The notes below the pieces were generated by a model that was given only the letters and a program-made list of their open reading frames with translations, searched no databases and had not been told where the DNA came from. A DNA stretch of 64,000 nucleotides from an uncultured Gemmatimonadales bacterium. Its GTDB lineage: Bacteria > Gemmatimonadota > Gemmatimonadetes > Longimicrobiales > RSA9. This document shows, piece by piece, positions 8,695-16,311 of this stretch (the stretch's first letter is position 1; each line of letters begins with the position of its first letter). The stretch covers positions 631,850 to 695,849 of the forward strand of contig CAWCUS010000001.1 of NCBI GenBank assembly GCA_963798845.1, given 5' to 3'. The position numbers and the translations under genes are program-made.

Positions 8695-9770
8695 TCGTCG
8701 TCCTCCGCGGGGTGGTACGGCACGTACTCGGCCGCGGCGACGGTGGGCGACCACCGGTCCTCCAGCTCCCCGAGAATGTCCACCGGCGTCTTCTTCTTTC
8801 GCAACCGCACCGCCGCCTCGAGCGTGTAGACGCCGTTCCGCCCGCGCGGCGGCTCGCGGAAGAGCCACTCCTTGCCGATCTCGCTCAGCACCACCTCTGC
8901 GACCTGGCGGGCGGAGCGGGGCTCCGTGGTGTGGATCAGCAGGATACCGTCCGTCTTCATCTGCTCCGCGAGCTCCTCCAACCGATGCCGCACTCGCTCC
9001 TGCCCCTGCCGCGTCTGGGCGATCATCATGCTCGTGTCGCCCACGGACAGCAGCTCCGCGTCCTCGTCCACGTACAGCTCCAGGTCGTACTTCCAGAAGA
9101 CCAGCACCATCACGGCGAAAGTGAGCGAGAGCACGAACGCGATGTCCGCCGCCTGCACTCCGCACGACAGTCCGATCGCCATCACCAGAAACACGTGCAC
9201 CGCGTCCTTCGGGTCCTTCACGGTGGTCCGGAAGCGGACGGCCGCGACGATCCCGGCAAGCCCGAACGCCAGCGCCACGCTGTTCTTCACGATCATCACC
9301 GTGCCCGTCACGACCGGCGGCAGCATGATGAGCGTGTGCACGAGCGAGCGGTCGTAGCGGAGACGACGGGCGAACGTGTAGACCCACGCGATCGGCAGCA
9401 CCAGGAGCAGCGTGGCCACGATGGCCAGCGCAGTGGTGAGCACCCGCGCCGACTCCGTCGTGGCCGGGGTCACCAGCAGGCTTCTCGGACTCACCGCCCC
9501 CGCGTCCGCCACGTTCCCGCCCAGCGGAGAAACCAGCGCTTTCTGCACGCCGGGCACGAAGTAGACGCCCAGGAGCCCGATCCCCACCAGGACGGCGTAG
9601 TAGAACAGCAGCCGGAAGATCGGGATCCTGCGGGAATGCTCGGCGTAGCGACGACGATCCTTGTGCCGCCCCCCGCGCCGGCTCCCGGGCGGCGCCACCC
9701 CGGCGCCCTCGCCGCCGTTGCGTCGATTCTCCTCCCGCTCCGCCACGCGTTCCGCTCCTGTCCGGGCCAT
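8691..9770 (-). CDS. DUF4956-family inner-membrane protein with a cytoplasmic C-terminal domain
   Basis: Several TM helices and the DUF4956-typical core (GLAGIVAAVRFRTTVKDPKDAVHVFLVMAIGLSCG). ATG at 9770 is preceded by GAGG about 9 nt upstream. An alternative start lies at 9791. Confidence 0.75.
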   Translation of the reverse strand: MARTGAERVAEREENRRNGGEGAGVAPPGSRRGGRHKDRRRYAEHSRRIPIFRLLFYYAVLVGIGLLGVYFVPGVQKALVSPLGGNVADAGAVSPRSLLVTPATTESARVLTTALAIVATLLLVLPIAWVYTFARRLRYDRSLVHTLIMLPPVVTGTVMIVKNSVALAFGLAGIVAAVRFRTTVKDPKDAVHVFLVMAIGLSCGVQAADIAFVLSLTFAVMVLVFWKYDLELYVDEDAELLSVGDTSMMIAQTRQGQERVRHRLEELAEQMKTDGILLIHTTEPRSARQVAEVVLSEIGKEWLFREPPRGRNGVYTLEAAVRLRKKKTPVDILGELEDRWSPTVAAAEYVPYHPAEDDE

Positions 9771-9896
9771 TTTCGCACCTCGAAGGGGCAAGAACCGCGC
9801 CTCTCGCGGATGCGGAACGGCCCCGCCCCGCGAGCGCGGGACGGGGCCGTCCGTGCGTCCGTCCGCGGCGGGTGCCGCGGAGCGGAACGGTTGGGG

Positions 9897-11258
9897 TCAG
9901 CTCTCGTAGCCGGGGTTCTGCGTCAGGTTCGGCGCCACGTCCAGCTCCGACACCGGGATCGGCCAGAGCCCCTTGTAGGGCGCCCACCGGCTCCCGAACG
10001 CCGCAGCACCCTCGCCCAGCCGGACCAGGTCGAACCACCGGTCCCCTTCGAACGCCAGCTCCAGCCGGCGCTCCAGGTAGATGGCGTCCAGCACATCCTG
10101 CTGGCTGTTGTTCAGGTCCGCGGCCAGGTCGTACGTCGACACGCCCGCCCGCTCGCGGATCATGTTCAGGTACTCCACCGCCGTGTCCAGGTCGTTCTGC
10201 TGCGCGGCCGCTTCGGCCACGATCAGCAGGATCTCACCATAGCGGATCACGTTGAAGTCCTCGGTCCCCGTGGTGGTCGGGAACTTCACCACCTGGATGC
10301 CGTCGGGCCGCGTGCCGCTGAAGTCAGCCGCGAAGCGCTGGTCGTTGGCCTGGTCGAAGAGGTTGTAGATCTCCTCCGTCGCCCCGATCTCGAACCGGCC
10401 CGCGTACTGGTAGTAGAAGCCGTAGTTGTTGTAGTCGACCGCCGTGAAGACGATCTTGAAGATGTCCTCGGGCGAGCCCTGGTCGGCCCAGATCGAGCCG
10501 TAGTCCGACGCCAGTCCGTAGTCACCCGAGTTCACCACGCTCATGGCGGCGGCCTGCGCCTGCGACCACTTCTGCTCGTACAGGTACGTCTTCGCGAGCA
10601 GCGCATCCGTGAAGCCCGGGGTCATGAAGGTCCGGTCGGAGTTGTCGATCCCGGCCGACATCATGAGCGATTTGGCCTGCGTCAGGTCGGACTCGACCTG
10701 GGCGTACACCTCGGCCGCCGTGGCGCGCGTCACCTGCGACGCCTCCTCCAGTGACGCGGGCGGCGTCAGCACCAGCGGCACCCCGCCGTACGCCCGCACC
10801 AGCGAGAAGTAGTTGAGCGCACGGAGCGCGTACGCCTGGCCCAGCAGCCAGTCCTGGTCGGACTGACCGATGTTGTCCAGCTCCGGCACTTTCTGAATGA
10901 GCTGGTTCACCCGGTCGATCCCGCGGTAGGCCGCGTTCCAGACCCCCTCGATGGAGTAGTTGGCCGCCGTCGTGTTCAGCAGGTCGGCCTCGCCGAAGTT
11001 GCCGAACGTGCCGGTGTGCTCGGCGTTGTCCGACATGTTCTCCGACCACAGGACGTAGTCGCCGCCGTAGTAGTCGCCGCTCTGGAGCGCGCTGTACCCG
11101 CCCATGAGCGCCGCCGTGGCGGACTCCATGTCCTTGATCGCCACTTCGGACGCGATGGCGTCCTGGGGCAGCACGTCCAGTGGCCCCTGGTCACACGCCG
11201 CGACGCCTGCCAGGATCAGCAGCGCGGGCGCCATTCGGAATAGTCTCTTCATGGTCAT
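9897..11258 (-). CDS. SusD/RagB-family nutrient-binding outer-membrane lipoprotein
   Basis: Lipobox (LILAGVAAC). SusD-like helical/TPR pattern, a C-terminal ...RRLELAFEGDRWFDLVR motif, and a position immediately downstream of a SusC gene. Confidence 0.9.
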   Translation of the reverse strand: MTMKRLFRMAPALLILAGVAACDQGPLDVLPQDAIASEVAIKDMESATAALMGGYSALQSGDYYGGDYVLWSENMSDNAEHTGTFGNFGEADLLNTTAANYSIEGVWNAAYRGIDRVNQLIQKVPELDNIGQSDQDWLLGQAYALRALNYFSLVRAYGGVPLVLTPPASLEEASQVTRATAAEVYAQVESDLTQAKSLMMSAGIDNSDRTFMTPGFTDALLAKTYLYEQKWSQAQAAAMSVVNSGDYGLASDYGSIWADQGSPEDIFKIVFTAVDYNNYGFYYQYAGRFEIGATEEIYNLFDQANDQRFAADFSGTRPDGIQVVKFPTTTGTEDFNVIRYGEILLIVAEAAAQQNDLDTAVEYLNMIRERAGVSTYDLAADLNNSQQDVLDAIYLERRLELAFEGDRWFDLVRLGEGAAAFGSRWAPYKGLWPIPVSELDVAPNLTQNPGYES

Positions 11259-11270
11259 TTCCTTTCCGCG

Positions 11271-14200
11271 CTACCAGTTCCCCTGGAACCCGATCGTGAA
11301 CGTCCGGGCCAGCGGGTAGGCGTAGAAGTCCGTGCCCAGCGCGCCGGCGCCGGCGCCCGAGCCTGCGAAGTTGTTTTCCGGAGCGTAGCCCGAGTAGTCG
11401 GTCCACGTCTTCAGGTTCTTGCCCGAGACGTAGAACCGGCCGTTGCTCGCCCGGATCAGGTTGTTGATGGCGTCGGGCACCTTCAAACCCACCGTGACCT
11501 CGCCCAGGCGCACGTACGACGCGTCCTCGAGATACCGGCTGGACTCCACCCACGCGCCCGTGGAGCCGAACCAGCTCGGGCTCGGCGCCGTGCCGTTCGG
11601 GTTGTCCGGCGTCCAGTAGTTCTCCACGTGGACCTTGAACTTGTTGTCCAGGAAGTAGCCGCCGTCGTCGGAGTACTCGCGCATGGCGTTGAAGATCTTG
11701 GCGCCCTGGCTGAAGTCGACGAACGCCATGAGATCGAACGCGCCGAACGAGAACGTGTTCCGGATCCCGCCGTAGTAGTCCGGGTGCGGGCTGCCCACGA
11801 TCATGCGGTCGTCGGAGCCCGGGAACGTGGTCCAGACGATGTCGCCGTTCGAGTCGTACTGGATGTTCCCGTCGGCGTCCAGGTCCACGTACTTCGCCAC
11901 GCCCGTGGCCGCGTCGACGCCGATGTACTTGGGCGTGAAGAACACGCCCAGGGGCTGCCCCTCTTCCACCCAGTTGACGAACCCGCCCGGCGCGTAGAAC
12001 GGCTCGTGGTCGTACAGCGCCTTCACCTTGTTCCGGTTGCGCGTGATGTTGAACTCGGTGGTCCACTCGAACCCGTTGGCGTGGGACCGGCGGATGTTCA
12101 CCGTGTTCACGCTCAGCTCCACGCCCTTGTTCTGGATGCCGCCCACGTTGGCCAGCACGGAAGTGAAGCCGCTGGTGGCGGTCACCGGCCGGTTGAGGAG
12201 CAGATCGTTCGTGTCCTTCTGGTAGAGCTCCACGACGAAGCCGAGGCGGTCACTGAAGAGGCTCAGATCCAGGCCGAGGTTCTTCTCGGTCGTGGTCTCC
12301 CACTTCAGGTCCGGGTTGGCCAGGTTGGTCGGCGCCGTGCCGGGGATCGAGCCGTAGTTGGCCGAACCGTAGAGGCCGAGGTACTGGAAGTTGCCGATGG
12401 CCTCGTTCCCGGTCTCGCCCCAGCTGGCACGCAGCTTCATGTCGCTGATGAAGCCCAGGCCCTGCATGAAGGGCTCGCTGCTCACCACCCACGCCGCCGA
12501 CGCGGCGCGGAACACGCCGAACTTGTTGTTCTCGCCGAACCGCGACGAGCCGTCCGCGCGGATGCTGGCGTTGAGCACGTAACGGTCGTTGAACACGTAG
12601 TTCGCGCGCCCGAAGAACGACATCAGGTTGTGCGACCAGCCCGTGCCATCGTAGCCGGCCACGTCCGCACCGTTCCCGGGCCAGTTCAGGTCGGGGCTGG
12701 TGAAGCCCTCCGTCCGGACGAAGCTCTCCTCGCGCTTGTCCCGCTCCGTGGAGGCGCCCGCCGTCACCGACAGCTCGTTCACGCCGAAGTACTTGCTGCC
12801 CGTCAGGTAGCCCTCGAGCAGGTACTTGTTGCCCGACGAGTTCGCCACGCGCGACACGCCGCCCACGCCCGCCCCGTACGTCAGCGGGGTCAGCGGCGAG
12901 TTCCAGCGGTGCTCGCGCAGGTTCAGGATGTCGAACCCGGCCCGCCCCGTGGCGGTCAGCCACGGCAAGAAGGCGTAGTTGGCCGTGATGTTCCCGAAGG
13001 TCCGGTTCGTCAGGGCGTTGGTGAAGTCCTCCGTGCCCACGGCCACCGGGTTGGCGTACGACGCCGCGTCCGACCACGATCCGTCCGGGTTCTTCACCGG
13101 CACCCACGGCTCGTTGGCGATGGCGTTGGTCACCGGGCTGTCGATCGAGTTGTCCGACTCGATCCGGTCGTTGCTCTCGCGGGAAAGCGACAGCGACGTG
13201 CTGAAGCTGAGCTTGTCCGACGCCTGGAAGTCCAGGTTCGCCCGACCGGATGCGCGGTTGTACCCCGATCCGATGATGATCCCCGTCTGGTCGAAGTACG
13301 TTCCGGAGATGTAGTACTTGAACGCCTCGGTCCCGCCGCTCACCGCCAGCTGCGTGTTGCTGATGGGGGCGGTCCGCATCACGGCGTCCTGCCAGTCCGT
13401 GTTGATGCTCGGGTCCACCCCGAACGAGTCCAGCTCATCCTGGACGTCCTGCTCGGTGTAGCCGTCGTAGCGCATCCCGTCCGAGAAGTACTGGATCCAC
13501 TCTGCCGTGTTGAGCATCGGGATCTTCTTCTGCGCCTTCTGCCAGCCACCCGACAGGTTCACCGTCACCTGGGGACGGCCCGCCGTCTGGACGCCCCGCT
13601 TGGTCGTGATCATGATCACGCCGTTCGAGCCGCGGGAGCCGTAGATCGCTGCCGCGGCCGCGTCCTTCAGGATGTCGATGGAATCGATGTCATCCGGGTT
13701 CAGCCCCGTGATGGACGACAGGTCCTGGCCGCCCAGCCCCAGCTGGCCGAAGTCCTCGCGGAAGATCGGCACCCCGTCCACCACGTACAGCGGCTGGTTG
13801 CCCGCCGAGATCGAAGAGCTGCCCCGCACGCGCACCGTGATGCCGTTGCCGGGATTGCCGGCGTTCTGGATCACCTGCACGCCCGCGGCCTTCCCCTGCA
13901 GCGCCGCGTCCAGGCTCGCCACCACCCGGTTCTGGACGTCCTGCGTCTGGACCGTGCTGATGGCGCTGCTCACCTCCCGGCGCGTCTGCTGTGCGTAGCC
14001 GGTGGCGACCAGCTCCTCCAGCTCGATCGCGGTCACCCCCAGCTGGAAGTCCTCGGTGGCCGTCCCGCCCGCGGGAACGGTGATCGTGCGCGCCTGGGCG
14101 GAGTACCCGATGTACTCCACGCGCACTTCCGCCCGCCCGCTCGGCACCCTCGTCAGAAGGTACCGTCCGTCGTTGTTCGTGATCGTCCCGATTCCTGTGC

Positions 14201-14366
14201 CTCGGATCATCACCTGCGCGCCGGAGATCGCCTCTCCGGTCTGCGCATCGGTGACGATGCCACGGATCGACCCGGGCTCCTGCGCCGCAAGGCTCCGTGG
14301 AGCGCCGAACGCGGTCAGCAGAAATGCTGCCGCCAGCGACGCGAAGGCTGCGCACGATGTTTTCAT
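11271..14366 (-). CDS. SusC/RagA-type TonB-dependent outer-membrane receptor
   Basis: Signal peptide, then a CarboxypepD_reg-like N-terminal domain (IRGIVTDAQTGEAISGAQVMIRGTGIGTITNNDGRYLL). Plug motifs (IDSIDILKDAAAAAIYGSRGSNGVIMITTKRG) and a long barrel ending ...FTIGFQGNW. ATG at 14366 is preceded by AGGAGG. Confidence 0.93.
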   Translation of the reverse strand: MKTSCAAFASLAAAFLLTAFGAPRSLAAQEPGSIRGIVTDAQTGEAISGAQVMIRGTGIGTITNNDGRYLLTRVPSGRAEVRVEYIGYSAQARTITVPAGGTATEDFQLGVTAIELEELVATGYAQQTRREVSSAISTVQTQDVQNRVVASLDAALQGKAAGVQVIQNAGNPGNGITVRVRGSSSISAGNQPLYVVDGVPIFREDFGQLGLGGQDLSSITGLNPDDIDSIDILKDAAAAAIYGSRGSNGVIMITTKRGVQTAGRPQVTVNLSGGWQKAQKKIPMLNTAEWIQYFSDGMRYDGYTEQDVQDELDSFGVDPSINTDWQDAVMRTAPISNTQLAVSGGTEAFKYYISGTYFDQTGIIIGSGYNRASGRANLDFQASDKLSFSTSLSLSRESNDRIESDNSIDSPVTNAIANEPWVPVKNPDGSWSDAASYANPVAVGTEDFTNALTNRTFGNITANYAFLPWLTATGRAGFDILNLREHRWNSPLTPLTYGAGVGGVSRVANSSGNKYLLEGYLTGSKYFGVNELSVTAGASTERDKREESFVRTEGFTSPDLNWPGNGADVAGYDGTGWSHNLMSFFGRANYVFNDRYVLNASIRADGSSRFGENNKFGVFRAASAAWVVSSEPFMQGLGFISDMKLRASWGETGNEAIGNFQYLGLYGSANYGSIPGTAPTNLANPDLKWETTTEKNLGLDLSLFSDRLGFVVELYQKDTNDLLLNRPVTATSGFTSVLANVGGIQNKGVELSVNTVNIRRSHANGFEWTTEFNITRNRNKVKALYDHEPFYAPGGFVNWVEEGQPLGVFFTPKYIGVDAATGVAKYVDLDADGNIQYDSNGDIVWTTFPGSDDRMIVGSPHPDYYGGIRNTFSFGAFDLMAFVDFSQGAKIFNAMREYSDDGGYFLDNKFKVHVENYWTPDNPNGTAPSPSWFGSTGAWVESSRYLEDASYVRLGEVTVGLKVPDAINNLIRASNGRFYVSGKNLKTWTDYSGYAPENNFAGSGAGAGALGTDFYAYPLARTFTIGFQGNW

Positions 14367-14429
14367 GCGGAGTGCCTCCTGGGTGGTTTTGTGGAAGATA
14401 GGGTGCGATGCGGATAGGGCATCGTCCGC

Positions 14430-14459
14430 AAGGTACTTGTACATGAGGAACGCTGTCAA
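14430..14459 (-). promoter_or_regulatory. Candidate sigma70-type promoter for SusC/SusD locus 1 (TTGACA-N18-TACCTT)
   Basis: On the minus strand, TTGACA (14459..14454), an 18-nt spacer, then TACCTT (14435..14430), about 65 nt upstream of the SusC ATG. SusC locus 2 shows the same architecture. Confidence 0.45.
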
Positions 14460-14604
14460 ATACCGACTTGTGACGCTTCCGCGCGCCACCGCGACAGGGC
14501 TGCCGGCCGGAGCCCGTCACACGATCCGCGCCGACCGCCTTGCCCCGCGGGCTCCGGCCGCCCAGCTTCCTCCCCTCCTGCGACCCTGACTCCGGTACCC
14601 CTCG

Positions 14605-15759
14605 TTGACGGTGCTCCTCTTCCTCCTCGGCCTCGTCCTCCTCGTGGCCGGCGCCGAGCTGCTGGTCCGCGGCGCTTCCGGCCTCGCCGCCGTGGCCGGC
14701 GTCGCCCCGCTCGTGGTGGGGCTCACCGTCGTCGCCTTCGGCACGAGCGCACCCGAGCTCGCCGTCACCCTCGCCGCCACCTTCCGCGGCGAGCCGGACC
14801 TCGCCCTCGGGAACGTGGTCGGGAGCAACATCGCCAACATCCTGCTGATCCTGGGGCTGTCCGCGCTGGTGGCCCCGCTGGTGGTTCAGCGCAGCCTGGT
14901 GCGGGTGGAGGTTCCGCTCATGGTCGGCGTGTCGCTGGCCACCTTCCTCATGGGTGCGAACGGCCACGTCGGCCGCATCGAAGGGCTGCTGCTCCTGCTC
15001 GCGGGCGTGACGTACACGACCGTCCTCATCCGGCAGGCCGTGGGCGCGGCGGAGCGGCCCTCGGCGAGCCGGAGCCCGGCCCGGGTAGTGGCGGGGAGTG
15101 CCATCCCCGGGTCCGGATCGGCACCCGTGGCGTCTCGCGACCCCGGCCATCCGCGCGGCATCGGACGCGGAGGGAGGCCGCCCGTCCGCCGTATGATGGC
15201 CGCGAACGTGGCCCTGGTGGTGGGCGGTCTCGGACTGCTGGTCCTCGGCTCGCACTGGCTGGTGGACAGCGCGCGCGCGTTCGCGGCGGCGCTCGGGGTC
15301 TCGGAGCTCGTCATCGGGCTCACCATCGTCGCCGTGGGCACGTCGCTCCCCGAGCTGGCGACCTCGCTGGTGGCCGCCCTCCGCGGCGCCCGCGACATCG
15401 CGGTCGGCAACATCGTGGGCAGCAACCTCTTCAACCTCCTCTTCATCCTGGGAGCGGCGGCGGCGCTGTCGCCAGCGGGGGTGCCCGTGCCGCGGGCGGC
15501 GCGCGGGTTCGACCTGCCCGTGATGGTCGTGGTGGCGCTGGCCTGCCTCCCCATCTTCTTCACGGGCCACCGGATCGGGCGACGGGAAGGGGCGCTCTTC
15601 CTCGGCTATTTCGTGGCGTACGTGGCTTACGTGCTGCTGGCCGCGCGCAGCCATGAAGCGCTGGCGCCGCTGCGCATGGCCATGATCTTCTTCGCGCTCC
15701 CGCTGACCGCGGTCACGCTCGCGCTGGTGGTGCTGCGGGAGCTGCGGTTCAGGGACTGA
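14605..15759 (+). CDS. CaCA-family cation/Ca2+ exchanger (YrbG-like)
   Basis: Two alpha-repeat motifs (GTSAPELAV.. and GTSLPELATS..) in a polytopic membrane protein, with an unusually long Pro/Arg/Gly-rich central loop. Non-ATG (TTG) start according to the track. Confidence 0.85.
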   Translation: MTVLLFLLGLVLLVAGAELLVRGASGLAAVAGVAPLVVGLTVVAFGTSAPELAVTLAATFRGEPDLALGNVVGSNIANILLILGLSALVAPLVVQRSLVRVEVPLMVGVSLATFLMGANGHVGRIEGLLLLLAGVTYTTVLIRQAVGAAERPSASRSPARVVAGSAIPGSGSAPVASRDPGHPRGIGRGGRPPVRRMMAANVALVVGGLGLLVLGSHWLVDSARAFAAALGVSELVIGLTIVAVGTSLPELATSLVAALRGARDIAVGNIVGSNLFNLLFILGAAAALSPAGVPVPRAARGFDLPVMVVVALACLPIFFTGHRIGRREGALFLGYFVAYVAYVLLAARSHEALAPLRMAMIFFALPLTAVTLALVVLRELRFRD

Positions 15760-15763
15760 TGCG

Positions 15764-16099
15764 TTATTCGGGGACCACGCGGATATGGCGGGCGAGCTCC
15801 CGGTCCAGCGCCAGCTCCGTCCGCCCGAGCCGCACCACGTAGGCGGGAAACCTCTGCACCAGGTGCAGCCGGACGCCGGGAAGGATGCCCAGCCCGGCCA
15901 GCTTCCCCGCGGCCGACGTCCACGGCTCCTCGAGGCAGCTCACGGCGCCCACGGCCCCGGGGCGCAGCGTGTCGAGGCGCACCGAGTGGCAGTCCACTCC
16001 GTGGCACCCCCCGGTCTCCGGCACCGGAGCGCCGGCGCGGCAGGCGTCCTTCCAGGGGGTGCCGCCCAGCAGCGACGTCAGGCGCTCCACGAATGTCAT
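15764..16099 (-). CDS. feoA: FeoA-domain protein with a Cys/His-containing N-terminal extension
   Basis: C-terminal FeoA/SH3-like pattern (LAGLGILPGVRLHLVQRFPAYVVRLGRTELALDRELARHIRVV). ATG at 16099 overlaps the upstream stop (ATGA). The tool ORF extends further in frame. Confidence 0.75.
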   Translation of the reverse strand: MTFVERLTSLLGGTPWKDACRAGAPVPETGGCHGVDCHSVRLDTLRPGAVGAVSCLEEPWTSAAGKLAGLGILPGVRLHLVQRFPAYVVRLGRTELALDRELARHIRVVPE

Positions 16100-16311
16100 C
16101 GATCCATCCACTTCCTGAGGGCCGCGATCCACTTCGGAGGCCGCGGGTTCTCGTATCCGCACGCCGGGCACCGCATCAGCCCGCACGCCTGCTTGATCGG
16201 GCACGCCTGGCACGTGGCCTGGCTCGGATCTTCCACGAACTCGTGGCCGCAGAAGCCGCACTTCACCACGACCGGCTCGTGCTCCTTCACGCCCGACGCC
16301 GGCGCTACCAT
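16096..16311 (-). CDS. Small Cys-rich (zinc-ribbon-like) protein encoded between feoB and feoA
   Basis: 71 aa with CxxC pairs (CGFCGH, CQAC, CPAC) plus additional Cys. Codon position 3 is coding-like G/C. The start overlaps the feoB stop (ATGGTAG) and the stop overlaps the feoA start. Confidence 0.6.
   Translation of the reverse strand: MVAPASGVKEHEPVVVKCGFCGHEFVEDPSQATCQACPIKQACGLMRCPACGYENPRPPKWIAALRKWMDR

Noticed and set aside
6013-8829. Very long antisense or alternative-frame ORFs in the track. Examples: 6013..8829 +, 11628..14417 +, 32552..34618 -, 35680..38631 -, 44265..47012 +, 47776..49803 -, 49515..50834 -, 58189..60243 -, 13690..15654 -, 16537..18414 -.
   Set aside because: Each lies opposite or out of frame to a gene with unambiguous family motifs. 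Their translations are Arg/Pro/Gly/Ala/His-rich with no recognisable domains. Stop codons are rare in all frames of DNA this GC-rich, so these are compositional artefacts.
8695-10038. In-frame upstream extensions of real genes: 6101..6343 on ppk, 8695..10038 on the OMP gene, 27620..29251 on the aldo/keto reductase, 57049..58179 on the small membrane protein, 23034..24404 on the creatininase gene, and 1579..2199 on the carbonic anhydrase.
   Set aside because: The extensions are low-complexity and overlap other well-supported genes. Internal starts with SD-like sequences or start/stop overlaps reproduce the normal family N-termini or signal peptides.
14363-14422. A possible leaderless 19-codon uORF (MPYPHRTLSSTKPPRRHSA). 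It starts 7 nt after the -10 element of SusC locus 1 and ends in a TGA that overlaps the SusC ATG.
   Set aside because: There is no SD, and 8 of 19 third positions are A/T, which is non-coding-like. A 19-codon open frame is expected by chance here. It is mentioned only as context for the promoter finding.
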